Source: a virus (Duplodnaviria > Caudoviricetes). Taken from it: a stretch of DNA of 64,000 nt. The DNA is taken from the IMG/VR virus record IMGVR_UViG_3300025671_008697; one strand, given 5' to 3'. Under the pieces are notes generated by a model. That model made no database searches, was not told the origin of the DNA, and worked only from the letters and a program-made list of their open reading frames with translations. Every line of letters begins with the position of its first letter. Position 1 is the stretch's first letter. A program made the position numbers and the translations under genes. This document shows positions 28,463 through 37,166 of this stretch, piece after piece.

Positions 28463-28557
28463 AGGATGAATGAACTATCTCTTTTAGTCACTGGTCTGTC
28501 GTCATTTGGAATTGGTTTATCAGTGGGTTTTGTACTGGGTTACTTTGGAGTTAAAGA

Positions 28558-28728
28558 ATGACTAAATGGATTGATCCACCAAGTGGATGGAAATATGGAT
28601 TTCCTAAGCCTATTCCCGAAGATGTAGTTAACTTCGAAGATTGGCTCGTGTCTGAGGGGTATCCTCGTGCTGAAATAGAAAAGATGGGTGATTACTTCTT
28701 TTGTAGTCAATGGGAAACTGAAGAATGA
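28558..28728 (+). CDS. Small hypothetical protein (56 aa, MTKWIDPPSGWKYGFPK...)
   Basis: Hand translation; overlap-coupled on both sides. Confidence 0.6.
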   Translation: MTKWIDPPSGWKYGFPKPIPEDVVNFEDWLVSEGYPRAEIEKMGDYFFCSQWETEE

Positions 28729-28991
28729 AACGACTCTGTAAAGACTGTAGACACGCCAAAGCCAAATTTCTTGATAAACTTTGGCAGGGCAGTTTTGCCT
28801 ACAAGTGTCAGTTACCAACCAATTATGTAGAAGGCCATCAGAATCCTGTGACTGGTCAAACCACTAAAGGCTACTATCAAACCTGTGCTGTGGCTAGAGT
28901 AGACCATAACATCTGTGGCAGTCGCGGCGCAAATTGGTTACCCCGTGACACTCACCGGCATCTTTTTACAATGATATCTGATGAAACTTAA
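28725..28991 (+). CDS. Cys-rich hypothetical protein
   Basis: CKDCRH...C...C...CG; possible Zn-binding. Confidence 0.55.
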   Translation: MKRLCKDCRHAKAKFLDKLWQGSFAYKCQLPTNYVEGHQNPVTGQTTKGYYQTCAVARVDHNICGSRGANWLPRDTHRHLFTMISDET

Positions 28992-29790
28992 AATCGGCAT
29001 TATAGGATATGGATATGTAGGCCGCGCAGTTGCCGCAAGTTATCCCAATGCAGAAATTTTGGTTTATGATCCTAGATACACCAACGACCCACTGTTCGCA
29101 CCATTTGGCACTATTCACAGTGTCTGCGATGCTGTGTTTGTCTGTGTGCCCACGCCACAGTCTGACACCGGTGAGTGTGACACCAGTATTTTAAATCAAA
29201 CTTTGATCAATCTCAAAGGCAGCGCCGCAGTTGTAATCTGTAAAAGCACTGCACCGCCTGACTTTTATACTGCTTGGGAAAACACAGACAGCATGCGACT
29301 AGCACACGTGCCTGAATTCCTAACACAGGCCCGTGCCAGTCTGGACTATGTAAATCCACACAAAATACTAGTGGGCTGTCGGGAAACTCTACAGTCCACT
29401 GTGGCCGACATACTCATGGCCAGTATGATTAACTTTGAACGTGTACGTATCGAATACTGCTCAATTGCTGAAGCCAGTTTCTTTAAGTATATGGCTAACA
29501 GTATGTTGGCAATGAAAGTTATCATCAACAATGAGTTGGCTGACTTGGCTGAACGCATGGGCATCAGTTGGGAGGCTGTGAGTGCGATTGCTAAAACTGA
29601 CAGTAGACTGGGTAGCAGTCATTGGCGTGTGCCTGGAGACAATGGTGAACTGGGCTATGGTGGTGCCTGCTTTCCCAAAGACACAGCAGCCTTAAAAAAT
29701 CTTGCAGATCAAAACGGCGCAGAACTCAGTGTACTTGAGGCCGCAATGATTAAAAATCACAAATTAAGGACTAAAAATGGATCGCGATGA
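28981..29790 (+). CDS. ugd: UDP-glucose/GDP-mannose dehydrogenase family protein
   Basis: GIIGYGYVG, VCVPTP, KST, PEFL, GYGGACFPKD. Confidence 0.88.
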   Translation: MKLKIGIIGYGYVGRAVAASYPNAEILVYDPRYTNDPLFAPFGTIHSVCDAVFVCVPTPQSDTGECDTSILNQTLINLKGSAAVVICKSTAPPDFYTAWENTDSMRLAHVPEFLTQARASLDYVNPHKILVGCRETLQSTVADILMASMINFERVRIEYCSIAEASFFKYMANSMLAMKVIINNELADLAERMGISWEAVSAIAKTDSRLGSSHWRVPGDNGELGYGGACFPKDTAALKNLADQNGAELSVLEAAMIKNHKLRTKNGSR

Positions 29791-30022
29791 ACTAAAACAG
29801 ATGTTGCAGGAAAATCAGTGCGAAGTCACATTTACCAAAGTAGATGGAAGTGTGCGAGTCATGCCCTGTACACTGAAATCTGACTTACTGCCTGTAATCG
29901 AAACTAAAACTGAAAAAGCCGCTAAAAAAGAAAACTTAGACACGCTCAGTGTGTGGTGTTTGGATAAGAAAGAATGGCGCAGTTTTAGAGTGGCCAATGT
30001 TCAAACGGTTCGGACAATTTAA
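29777..30022 (+). CDS. Small SH3/WYL-like beta-barrel protein (DUF2693-like)
   Basis: VTFTKVDGSVRVM...WCLDKKEWRSFR. Confidence 0.7.
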   Translation: MDRDELKQMLQENQCEVTFTKVDGSVRVMPCTLKSDLLPVIETKTEKAAKKENLDTLSVWCLDKKEWRSFRVANVQTVRTI

Positions 30023-30116
30023 TTCTGCCAGAACTGTTGACTTTAGTTCACACACACTATACAATAACAAAATCTGCTCCAAGAGTAGTGTATTTTTAAC
30101 AGAAGGAACTTTTATT

Positions 30117-30383
30117 ATGATGTTTTCTACCGAAACTAAAACTGGTAAACTATTGGCTGCATTGAAAAGCGGCGAGCAATTGACCGAAGCACAGATCCGT
30201 GCTCGTTTCGGTCTTAAGAACCCACGTGCATCTGTCAGCGACTTGCGTTACAGTGGTTTTGCTGTCTATGCAAACCGTCACGTTGATACCAAAGGTCGTG
30301 AGACCACCAAGTATCGCTTGGGTCAACCCAGCCGTGCAGTTATTGCCGCTGGTATGCGTGCCTTGGGTGGCATGGCTGCTTAA
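30117..30383 (+). CDS. Winged-helix DNA-binding protein
   Basis: LLAALKSGEQLTEAQIRARFGLKNPRASVSDLR; TTGACT-17-TACAAT promoter upstream. Confidence 0.65.
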   Translation: MMFSTETKTGKLLAALKSGEQLTEAQIRARFGLKNPRASVSDLRYSGFAVYANRHVDTKGRETTKYRLGQPSRAVIAAGMRALGGMAA

Positions 30384-30402
30384 TTAACTGAGCAGTAAAT
30401 AC

Positions 30403-30425
30403 AAAGGCACTTAGGTGCCTTTTTT
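30403..30425 (+). terminator. Rho-independent terminator
   Basis: AAAGGCAC-TTAG-GTGCCTTTTTT. Confidence 0.8.
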
Positions 30426-30428
30426 CGT

Positions 30429-30503
30429 CTGGCGTTAGTTCAACGGATAGAACAAGGGTCTTCTAAACCCTAAATAGAGGTTCGATTCCTCTACGCCGGA
30501 CCA
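30429..30503 (+). tRNA. tRNA-Arg (anticodon UCU)
   Basis: CTGGCGT/ACGCCGG acceptor stem, AGGGT-CTTCTAA-ACCCT anticodon arm, AGAGG-TTCGATT-CCTCT T-arm, encoded CCA. Confidence 0.93.
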
Positions 30504-30655
30504 AGAATTTTTTTGGCAGATTTATAGTCTGTTAAATACTGCATATACCAGTGTAAATACTGAGTTGACTTTGGTCCACATTGGTATTATATTGTATATT
30601 ATCAATTGCCATTGATTGGCAAACTAAAAAACGTTTTTTATATAAGGAAAATTTA

Positions 30656-31477
30656 ATGAAAAAAACTCTATTGGCTTTGGCCGCTGTCACCGCAATGGGC
30701 GTGGCCAGCGCACAAGTAACAGTAAGCGGTAGCGTTGCAGTTGCAGTTCAAAACACTGTAGCCGCAAGTGCTGGAAAATTCGATCTATCTGATGCAGACA
30801 TCAACTTTTCTGTTAAAGAAGATCTTGGTGGTGGCATGTCAGTAACTGCTGGTACCAGCATTAGCAACGAAGCAATGCGTGGTAACGGTGTTACTGTTAA
30901 TAATACTGCTATGTCACTTGACGGTGGCTTTGGTTCATTGGCATACAAAAATGTACTAAGTGGTAAGGCAAAAATGAGCGCAGGTGTTAGCGTCGAAGAT
31001 GACATGAGCGACTTAATGGGCGGATACAGCACCGTAAACGTATTCAGTTACACACTACCTGCTATTGCTGGTGTACGTGTTGGCGTTGAATACGCTGGCG
31101 ATGATGCCACTGCACTTGAACTAAAAGGCACACCAAATGTATTTGGTACTGCTCAATTGGGTGACGTAACCGTTTATGCTGAAAACGGCGGCGCTGACAA
31201 AGTATGGGATGTTCGTGTTGGAATGGCAGCAGGTCCTGCTACAGTTGGTCTACGTACTACCAAAGAGAAGTTCAGTGAAGTTGCTGTCACAGTACCAGCA
31301 GGTGCTATGACTTTTGGTGTACACTATGCAACAAAAGACAACGGCGACAAAGCAACTGGTGTAAATGCTACATACGCAATGAGCAAGCAGACCAGTGTAC
31401 AAGTTGGTTATGTAACCGGTAAAGGCAATGGCTTTGACGGTAACAACTACCGTGTACAGTTGAAAAAAGCATTCTAA
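30656..31477 (+). CDS. Gram-negative outer-membrane porin
   Basis: Signal peptide, AQVTVSG start, alternating beta strands, YAMSKQT, C-terminal Phe. Confidence 0.85.
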   Translation: MKKTLLALAAVTAMGVASAQVTVSGSVAVAVQNTVAASAGKFDLSDADINFSVKEDLGGGMSVTAGTSISNEAMRGNGVTVNNTAMSLDGGFGSLAYKNVLSGKAKMSAGVSVEDDMSDLMGGYSTVNVFSYTLPAIAGVRVGVEYAGDDATALELKGTPNVFGTAQLGDVTVYAENGGADKVWDVRVGMAAGPATVGLRTTKEKFSEVAVTVPAGAMTFGVHYATKDNGDKATGVNATYAMSKQTSVQVGYVTGKGNGFDGNNYRVQLKKAF

Positions 31478-31496
31478 ACAATGTTTAGAGTATAAG

Positions 31497-31518
31497 AACC
31501 CACTTCGGTGGGTTTTTT
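31497..31518 (+). terminator. Rho-independent terminator
   Basis: AACCCAC-TTCG-GTGGGTTTTTT. Confidence 0.88.
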
Positions 31519-31554
31519 ATTGACTATATAACATAAACCTGTTACATTACTGCT

Positions 31555-31899
31555 ATGAAACCAGACGACATTATTACCATTACTGCCGACACAATTGACT
31601 TAGATAGTTTTACGATTGACTACGATGCTCTTAAAGGAAGTTACAACGGCATCTCTATCACAGACTTTGGAGATTCTGCGCCCAAAGGAATAAAACTCAA
31701 AGAAGGTGAAGACATCACCATTGGTGACCGTAGTCTACTAAAAACATTAGACGCTATTGCAGAACGTTTAGCCATACTGGAAACAAACACCAACTTGGAG
31801 GCTGAGTTTGAAGAATTACACAGACTAGGCAATCAATATCGAAAAATGGAAGCAGAACTAAAGGATAAAATTGCAACCTGGAATATTTTGAAAAAATGA
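31555..31899 (+). CDS. Hypothetical protein with coiled-coil C-terminus
   Basis: ORF; leaderless promoter TTGACT-17-TACATT. Confidence 0.65.
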   Translation: MKPDDIITITADTIDLDSFTIDYDALKGSYNGISITDFGDSAPKGIKLKEGEDITIGDRSLLKTLDAIAERLAILETNTNLEAEFEELHRLGNQYRKMEAELKDKIATWNILKK

Positions 31900-32714
31900 T
31901 TTATCTCGGGGAAGTTTTAGAAATCTATATAACAAACGAATGCAATTTAACATGTAGTAATTGTAATAGATTTAATAACTATGATTTCAGAGGACATTAT
32001 TACTGGAAAGATTATAGATTGGCAATTGCGGCTTGGTCCAAAAGGATTACTGCAGATACTATTAGTATAATAGGTGGAGAGCCTACACTACACCCAGAGT
32101 TGTTTATATGGAAAAGAAATTTAGAAAGACTTTGGCCCGACTCGGTAGTAATGGTGCAGTCTAACGGAATTTATACCAAAGAAAAGATTAAAGAACTAAA
32201 CGCAAGTAAAATAATACCGGTGATTTCCATTCATGACAAAAAAATGTTTAAAAAACATGAAGAATACATTGCTACCCATAAAATGAGTATTCCGGGCGGA
32301 AATAATGAACCTAATTCATTGATAATAGATGCAACCGAATTTACAGATTGTGCTTTGATAGATAATCAAAACAGTTTTAGTTTACATAATAGCGATCCAG
32401 AAAGCGCATTTATTTGTTGCTCAATGAAATACAGCCATACAATTTTTGAGGGTCGATTGCATAGATGTCCTTTGTTGGCAGTTTTACCAGAATTTGCAAA
32501 GCAGTATAAGGTGAAGATGTCTGAAGAAGATCTGGAGTTATTGAAAAATCCAGAATATGTTTTAGAACATGATTGTAGTGAAGAAGATTTAAAGAAGTTC
32601 TTTTATTCGATTATGACTCCAATGAACGTTTGTAAGTTTTGTCCCGGAGAATATAAATTATCTGAAGTAAAAATGGACTCAAAAAGAAAATTGCATCAAC
32701 GATTATCAAACTAG
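31896..32714 (+). CDS. Radical SAM protein
   Basis: CNLTCSNC, IIGGEPTLHP, QSNG, C-terminal RCP...CKFCP. Confidence 0.88.
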   Translation: MIYLGEVLEIYITNECNLTCSNCNRFNNYDFRGHYYWKDYRLAIAAWSKRITADTISIIGGEPTLHPELFIWKRNLERLWPDSVVMVQSNGIYTKEKIKELNASKIIPVISIHDKKMFKKHEEYIATHKMSIPGGNNEPNSLIIDATEFTDCALIDNQNSFSLHNSDPESAFICCSMKYSHTIFEGRLHRCPLLAVLPEFAKQYKVKMSEEDLELLKNPEYVLEHDCSEEDLKKFFYSIMTPMNVCKFCPGEYKLSEVKMDSKRKLHQRLSN

Positions 32715-32715
32715 T

Positions 32716-32961
32716 ATGGGACTTATTCGAGAAAAACGATCAATGAGTCTCACAGTTGTACGTGACAAGTATCAAGTATATTGGTACGATGATCGAAACC
32801 GAGCATTCGAAGCCGCACAATGGTGTACGGACACATACGGTCCAGAATGGGGACATTTTCGTTGGCGTGATGTGGACCGAGTCGGCGCCAGCAAAAACTA
32901 CTTTACCTTTCATAGAATGGATCATGCACGTTGGTTTGTTCTAAAATGGGACACACTCTAA
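32716..32961 (+). CDS. Small paralog-family protein
   Basis: QWCTDTYGP...FTFHRMDHARWFVLKW. Confidence 0.65.
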   Translation: MGLIREKRSMSLTVVRDKYQVYWYDDRNRAFEAAQWCTDTYGPEWGHFRWRDVDRVGASKNYFTFHRMDHARWFVLKWDTL

Positions 32962-32996
32962 TAGACAGAAAATAGCAAATAAGTTATAATAGAGGT

Positions 32997-33173
32997 ATGA
33001 ATATTGTAACCATTGACGGGCAACGTGTGAGCACCTATGACGCAATCATGTGGGCCAGTAAACAATTTGGTCATAACGGCTTCAGTGTGAAAAACTGTTT
33101 CCCAAACTATAATTGGCAATTTGAGTTTGACAATCCTCAACACGCCACACATTTTGCACTGCGATGGCTATAG
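32997..33173 (+). CDS. Small paralog-family protein (58 aa), not in ORF track
   Basis: Hand translation MNIVTIDG...MWASKQFG...FEFDNPQHATHFALRWL; TATAAT 6 nt before ATG. Confidence 0.65.
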   Translation: MNIVTIDGQRVSTYDAIMWASKQFGHNGFSVKNCFPNYNWQFEFDNPQHATHFALRWL

Positions 33174-33385
33174 TAGAAGCCATACACTCACATAGGGTAG
33201 TTATACCCTGGCATAATACCATAGAGCATGTAGCAGAGTGGACTGAGGGTAGTGTTTGGGCTATAGAAAAATTTGGACTTCCGGGCGATCGGTACGTTTG
33301 CAGTCCTACTAGGGAAGGTATGGAGTTTTGGTTCAGGGAAGAATCAGATGCTGTTTTTATGATACTGAGATGGACCAAGAACTGA
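33164..33385 (+). CDS. Small paralog-family protein
   Basis: VWAIEKFGLPG...FWFREESDAVFMILRW. Confidence 0.65.
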   Translation: MAIVEAIHSHRVVIPWHNTIEHVAEWTEGSVWAIEKFGLPGDRYVCSPTREGMEFWFREESDAVFMILRWTKN

Positions 33386-33633
33386 CATTCACATACGCAT
33401 CTGCACCTCAGTGGTTTAGGAACTACTGTACAACGGTGTTAAATTTAGAAAATAAGATGGCAGACTGGATAGTGCAAACAGGTCCAGGTATAGGTCAGCG
33501 AACTGCGTCTGAATTTATCAAATGGTTTTTTGATGAACACAATATAGCAACATATATTGATGACAGCAACAGACTTTGGGTTACACTGCCAGATACTACG
33601 GAAACTACCAAACTAATTCTCACGCACTCATGA
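33328..33633 (+). CDS. Hypothetical protein (start uncertain)
   Basis: ORF track; divergent paralog-like C-terminus. Confidence 0.5.
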   Translation: MVQGRIRCCFYDTEMDQELTFTYASAPQWFRNYCTTVLNLENKMADWIVQTGPGIGQRTASEFIKWFFDEHNIATYIDDSNRLWVTLPDTTETTKLILTHS

Positions 33634-33893
33634 CTTTTACGGTACTTAAGAAACATAGAGTAGACTTGTTGATTTGGCTCCATAAAAATGTGGAACCTGC
33701 AGACAGCGGTAGTCGTAAAGGCAATGAAGCAGAGCCCATACCACCATATCATGTCAGCACAATTAGCCAACGAGCAGAATGGAAAGGTCGGACTGCACAA
33801 TGGCATATCGTTCAATCTGGTATGAGTAAAGAAATTACAGTAGATGTCAACGATGCTCGCATTGGGTTAATGCTTAAATTGAAATATGCGTAG
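33630..33893 (+). CDS. Small paralog-like protein
   Basis: LIWLHKNVEP...VDVNDARIGLMLKLKY. Confidence 0.55.
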   Translation: MTFTVLKKHRVDLLIWLHKNVEPADSGSRKGNEAEPIPPYHVSTISQRAEWKGRTAQWHIVQSGMSKEITVDVNDARIGLMLKLKYA

Positions 33894-33959
33894 TTAATGA
33901 CAGCCATTTTTAGTCCAAATTCTTGTAAATACTGTTAGTCAATCAAGAAGGAGTAAAAA

Positions 33960-34301
33960 ATGGCTGAAGACAAAAAGAAAGTTACAATCGATGAAGACGC
34001 AGTTAACGGAATGGACACAGACGGAGATGGACACATCACCAAAGCAGAATACGACATGCACCTGGAGTTCAAACGTAGAGAACTGGAAGATCAAGACGCA
34101 CAGCGTGATGCCATGCGTAAAATGACTTGGTTTGCACTATTTGGTATGTTGCTGTACCCTGCCACCATCGTAGTAACCAGCCTACTGGGAGCAGACAAAG
34201 CAGCAGGTATCATTGGTGATATTGCACCTACTTACTTTGTGGCTATTTCAGCATTGGTAGCAGCATTCTTTGGTGCTGATGCTATCAAGAGCAAAAAATA
34301 A
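33960..34301 (+). CDS. EF-hand-containing two-TM membrane protein
   Basis: Canonical loop DTDGDGHITKAE then two hydrophobic helices; AGGAG SD. Confidence 0.7.
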   Translation: MAEDKKKVTIDEDAVNGMDTDGDGHITKAEYDMHLEFKRRELEDQDAQRDAMRKMTWFALFGMLLYPATIVVTSLLGADKAAGIIGDIAPTYFVAISALVAAFFGADAIKSKK

Positions 34302-34304
34302 TCA

Positions 34305-34556
34305 ATGAAGTTTCCACAAGTAATTGTTGGAGTACAAAATCAAGACCAGTGTTATGAAATTGTTAATGATTTGATAGCATCTGGTCTTGAATGCTTTAAG
34401 GATTTTCATTTTGAATACAGAAAGAATAACTATTGGAACAACCCAGAATTCGCAGATTGGGAATACGATAGAACTGCGGTATTCGAATTTAGAAACGAAA
34501 AGATCCAGACTTGGTTTTTGACAAAGTATGGCCAATTACACTGTAAGGCAATTTAA
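34305..34556 (+). CDS. Small paralog-like protein
   Basis: AVFEFRNEKIQTWFLTKY. Confidence 0.6.
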   Translation: MKFPQVIVGVQNQDQCYEIVNDLIASGLECFKDFHFEYRKNNYWNNPEFADWEYDRTAVFEFRNEKIQTWFLTKYGQLHCKAI

Positions 34557-34758
34557 TCGTTGTTGGGTTGAGATTAACGTTGAACCATCAGACGAACAGA
34601 CCTTTGATAACGATTTAACTGACGTACAGGTACAACAAGTAAATAGTTGGGTCCAAGAAAAAGACTTGGGCAAATGGATGAGTTTTAATCAATGGAAATT
34701 AAAAACACCAAGTGCCGTAACCGCATTCATAATGTTTTGGCACGGGCGCATCGTTTAA
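34528..34758 (+). CDS. Small paralog-like protein
   Basis: NSWVQE...WKLKTPSAVTAFIMFW. Confidence 0.6.
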   Translation: MANYTVRQFNRCWVEINVEPSDEQTFDNDLTDVQVQQVNSWVQEKDLGKWMSFNQWKLKTPSAVTAFIMFWHGRIV

Positions 34759-34770
34759 GTCGGGGTCACC

Positions 34771-34968
34771 GTGGTTGACATAGTAATTCCCTACAAGCAC
34801 GAATCTTACTATTGGCGAGATTGGGAAGATCACTTGCTTTGGTGTTTGGATGAATTTGGCATGCCCGGTGATCAATACGATTTGGAATATTTGGACGAAG
34901 GTGTCAAGTATCAGTTCCAAAATGAGCAGGATGCTGTTGTATTTTCACTCAAGTGGGTTGGCAGATAA
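34771..34968 (+). CDS. Small paralog-family protein
   Basis: LWCLDEFGMPG...YQFQNEQDAVVFSLKW. Confidence 0.65.
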   Translation: MVDIVIPYKHESYYWRDWEDHLLWCLDEFGMPGDQYDLEYLDEGVKYQFQNEQDAVVFSLKWVGR

Positions 34969-34992
34969 CGAATTTTCTGTTATAATTACAGT

Positions 34993-35709
34993 ATGAAAGC
35001 ATATATAGGACCTTATAAATCTTGGTTTGGACCATACCAGTTGGCCGAGCTACTTTGCTTTTGGGCAAAAGACGTAGAAGACGAATACGGCATGAAAAGC
35101 AAGCCAGACTGGGTACACGACTTTGGTGAATGGCTGGCTCACGGCAGTGTAGAGCCCGAAGCAGAAGTAGGTGAAATGCGTTCGTGGAATCGTAACCGTC
35201 ACCATACTTGGCTGTACAAGTTTTTTATATGGGTTGAGAGTAAACGTAAACGTAAAATCAAAGTACGTATCGACCGGTGGGACACTTGGAGCATGGATCA
35301 TACACTGGCTTATATTATTGTGCCCATGCTGAAACAACTCAAGGCCACTCAACATGGCGGTCCTTATGTTGATCCCAAAGACTGCCCACCGGAACTAAAA
35401 CCCGCAAAACAGACTAAAGAAGAAAAAGCCAACGGCAGTACAGACAGCACACACTTTGAGCGTTGGGATTGGGTCTTAGACGAAATGATATTTGCGTTTA
35501 GCACCAAGTTAGACGATTCATGGGAAGATCAGTTTCGCAAAGGCGAACATGACATACAGTGGAAGCAGTTGGAAGGTGGCATGAGTCAAGTGGTCAAAGG
35601 TCCCAACGACACATACGAGTTTGACACAGACGGGCATGCAAAATTTCATGCTCGTATCAAAAACGGCTTTAGACTGTTTGGCAAATACTACGAATCGCTT
35701 TGGGACTAA
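34993..35709 (+). CDS. Hypothetical phage protein
   Basis: DRWDTWSMDHTLA, RWDWVLDEMIFAF, GFRLFGKYYESLWD. Confidence 0.75.
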   Translation: MKAYIGPYKSWFGPYQLAELLCFWAKDVEDEYGMKSKPDWVHDFGEWLAHGSVEPEAEVGEMRSWNRNRHHTWLYKFFIWVESKRKRKIKVRIDRWDTWSMDHTLAYIIVPMLKQLKATQHGGPYVDPKDCPPELKPAKQTKEEKANGSTDSTHFERWDWVLDEMIFAFSTKLDDSWEDQFRKGEHDIQWKQLEGGMSQVVKGPNDTYEFDTDGHAKFHARIKNGFRLFGKYYESLWD

Positions 35710-35711
35710 CT

Positions 35712-35897
35712 ATGTTTGAATACAGTGTTTGGTTTCTGGTTTTTGTAGCAAACGGTACTGCCGTCACAGTAGAAAAAATGCCAGTGGCCAATCAAGGGCA
35801 GTGTATGCAGTTGGTAAAAAATATTAACGAAGTGCGTAAGCCTGGTGGCAGATCCGTATACGCAAGTTGTGTGGCTACAAAAAAACAGGAGCAATAA
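35712..35897 (+). CDS. Small exported protein
   Basis: Hydrophobic N-terminus, two Cys. Confidence 0.5.
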   Translation: MFEYSVWFLVFVANGTAVTVEKMPVANQGQCMQLVKNINEVRKPGGRSVYASCVATKKQEQ

Positions 35898-36257
35898 GTG
35901 GCTGAAATTTTTACATGGGTAATGCAGATAGTTTTTTGGTGGTTTACTATTAGCCTTGTGCTTGCTTGGATTAAAAGTAAGGCAGACCAGGAAGAAACAG
36001 TCAGATTTGAACGTGCTGTAGAAATACTGAACAATCTTGTACACAGAGTCAAAGTAGAAGAACATCAGGGTATCTTTTACTGGTGGGATGAGGATTCAGA
36101 CACTTTTCTTGCCCAAGGCAGAACTATTGAAGAAGTAATTGATAATCTTAAGAAGCGTTTTCCCGAGCATCACTTCTTTGTCAAAGACAACGAAGACGTA
36201 ACTTATAGACTTAAAGGCCCTGAATGGGCAATGGAAGTTTACAAAATTGCGAAATAA
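35898..36257 (+). CDS. Membrane-anchored hypothetical protein
   Basis: N-terminal TM; FYWWD...FLAQG. Confidence 0.6.
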   Translation: MAEIFTWVMQIVFWWFTISLVLAWIKSKADQEETVRFERAVEILNNLVHRVKVEEHQGIFYWWDEDSDTFLAQGRTIEEVIDNLKKRFPEHHFFVKDNEDVTYRLKGPEWAMEVYKIAK

Positions 36258-36741
36258 AGTCAAAGCAGATATTATAAAGTGGCTTATAGACTTTGTTGAA
36301 AAACCAAACCCACTGCTAAACAACTGGGCACCTTGTCCCTATGCAAGACAGGCAAGAGTTAACCGAAAGATTGCTTTTGTAGATTGTACATTCAACAATC
36401 TCGCGCTTGAGATACTAAAAAACTTGCCGCAGTTAGACACAAAAGATGTTGTTATATTCTATTACGATCCTACAGAATCAACTGCGGAAGAGTTAGAAGC
36501 CATTGTAGAAAAAATTAATCGTGTTGTTATGGCAGAAAATTATGTCTTGCTAGAAGATCATCCCGAACGGGAGGAATTAGTTAACGGCGTCAAAATGAAT
36601 TTCGGTAAAGCCGCACTAGTTCTTGCACAACGATTAAGCAAATTAAATGATGCTAGCGAGCAGTTAAAGGCCAAAGGATATTATCATCACTGGGATCAAG
36701 CAGCATTAAATAACGTTGTTACATGGCGTTTCAATAATTGA
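36247..36741 (+). CDS. DUF1415-like protein
   Basis: WAPCPYARQA, VLLEDHP, LVLAQRL motifs. Confidence 0.6.
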   Translation: MRNKVKADIIKWLIDFVEKPNPLLNNWAPCPYARQARVNRKIAFVDCTFNNLALEILKNLPQLDTKDVVIFYYDPTESTAEELEAIVEKINRVVMAENYVLLEDHPEREELVNGVKMNFGKAALVLAQRLSKLNDASEQLKAKGYYHHWDQAALNNVVTWRFNN

Positions 36742-37166
36742 TGTATGCACGAATAGATTTAAGTCAAACTGATTATCCTTTATTAGACACTGCTTGGTCA
36801 GTTATACAAATACCCGATCCAGACCAACTAAACGAAATATACAAAAAGTATTGTAGGTATAAGAAGTTTAATAGTGTAATGCCTATATTCGACAGTGAGT
36901 ACATTGATCAAAGAAGTGACGTTATAGGGTACTGGCATAATGACAGATTGGTAGCATTTAGTTTAATGCGTAGATATGACTATATCAATGTAGAAGCAGT
37001 GCAGTTTGCTTGGGACTATGCGGAACCCAAACTTGGACTAGGCATTGCCAGTTTAAAAAATGAATGTGCTTACTATAAACAACGAGGGTTTCAGTATCTT
37101 TATCTTGGCGGAGCAGATGAATATAAACAACAAATTGACGGATTTGAAATTTTAGGAACAATATGA
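36738..37166 (+). CDS. Stand-alone Arg/Leu-tRNA:protein transferase (ATE/Bpt) C-terminal GNAT-like domain
   Basis: GYWHNDRLVAFS, FAWDY...LGLG..SL..E, GFQYLYLG, EYK. Confidence 0.65.
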   Translation: MMYARIDLSQTDYPLLDTAWSVIQIPDPDQLNEIYKKYCRYKKFNSVMPIFDSEYIDQRSDVIGYWHNDRLVAFSLMRRYDYINVEAVQFAWDYAEPKLGLGIASLKNECAYYKQRGFQYLYLGGADEYKQQIDGFEILGTI

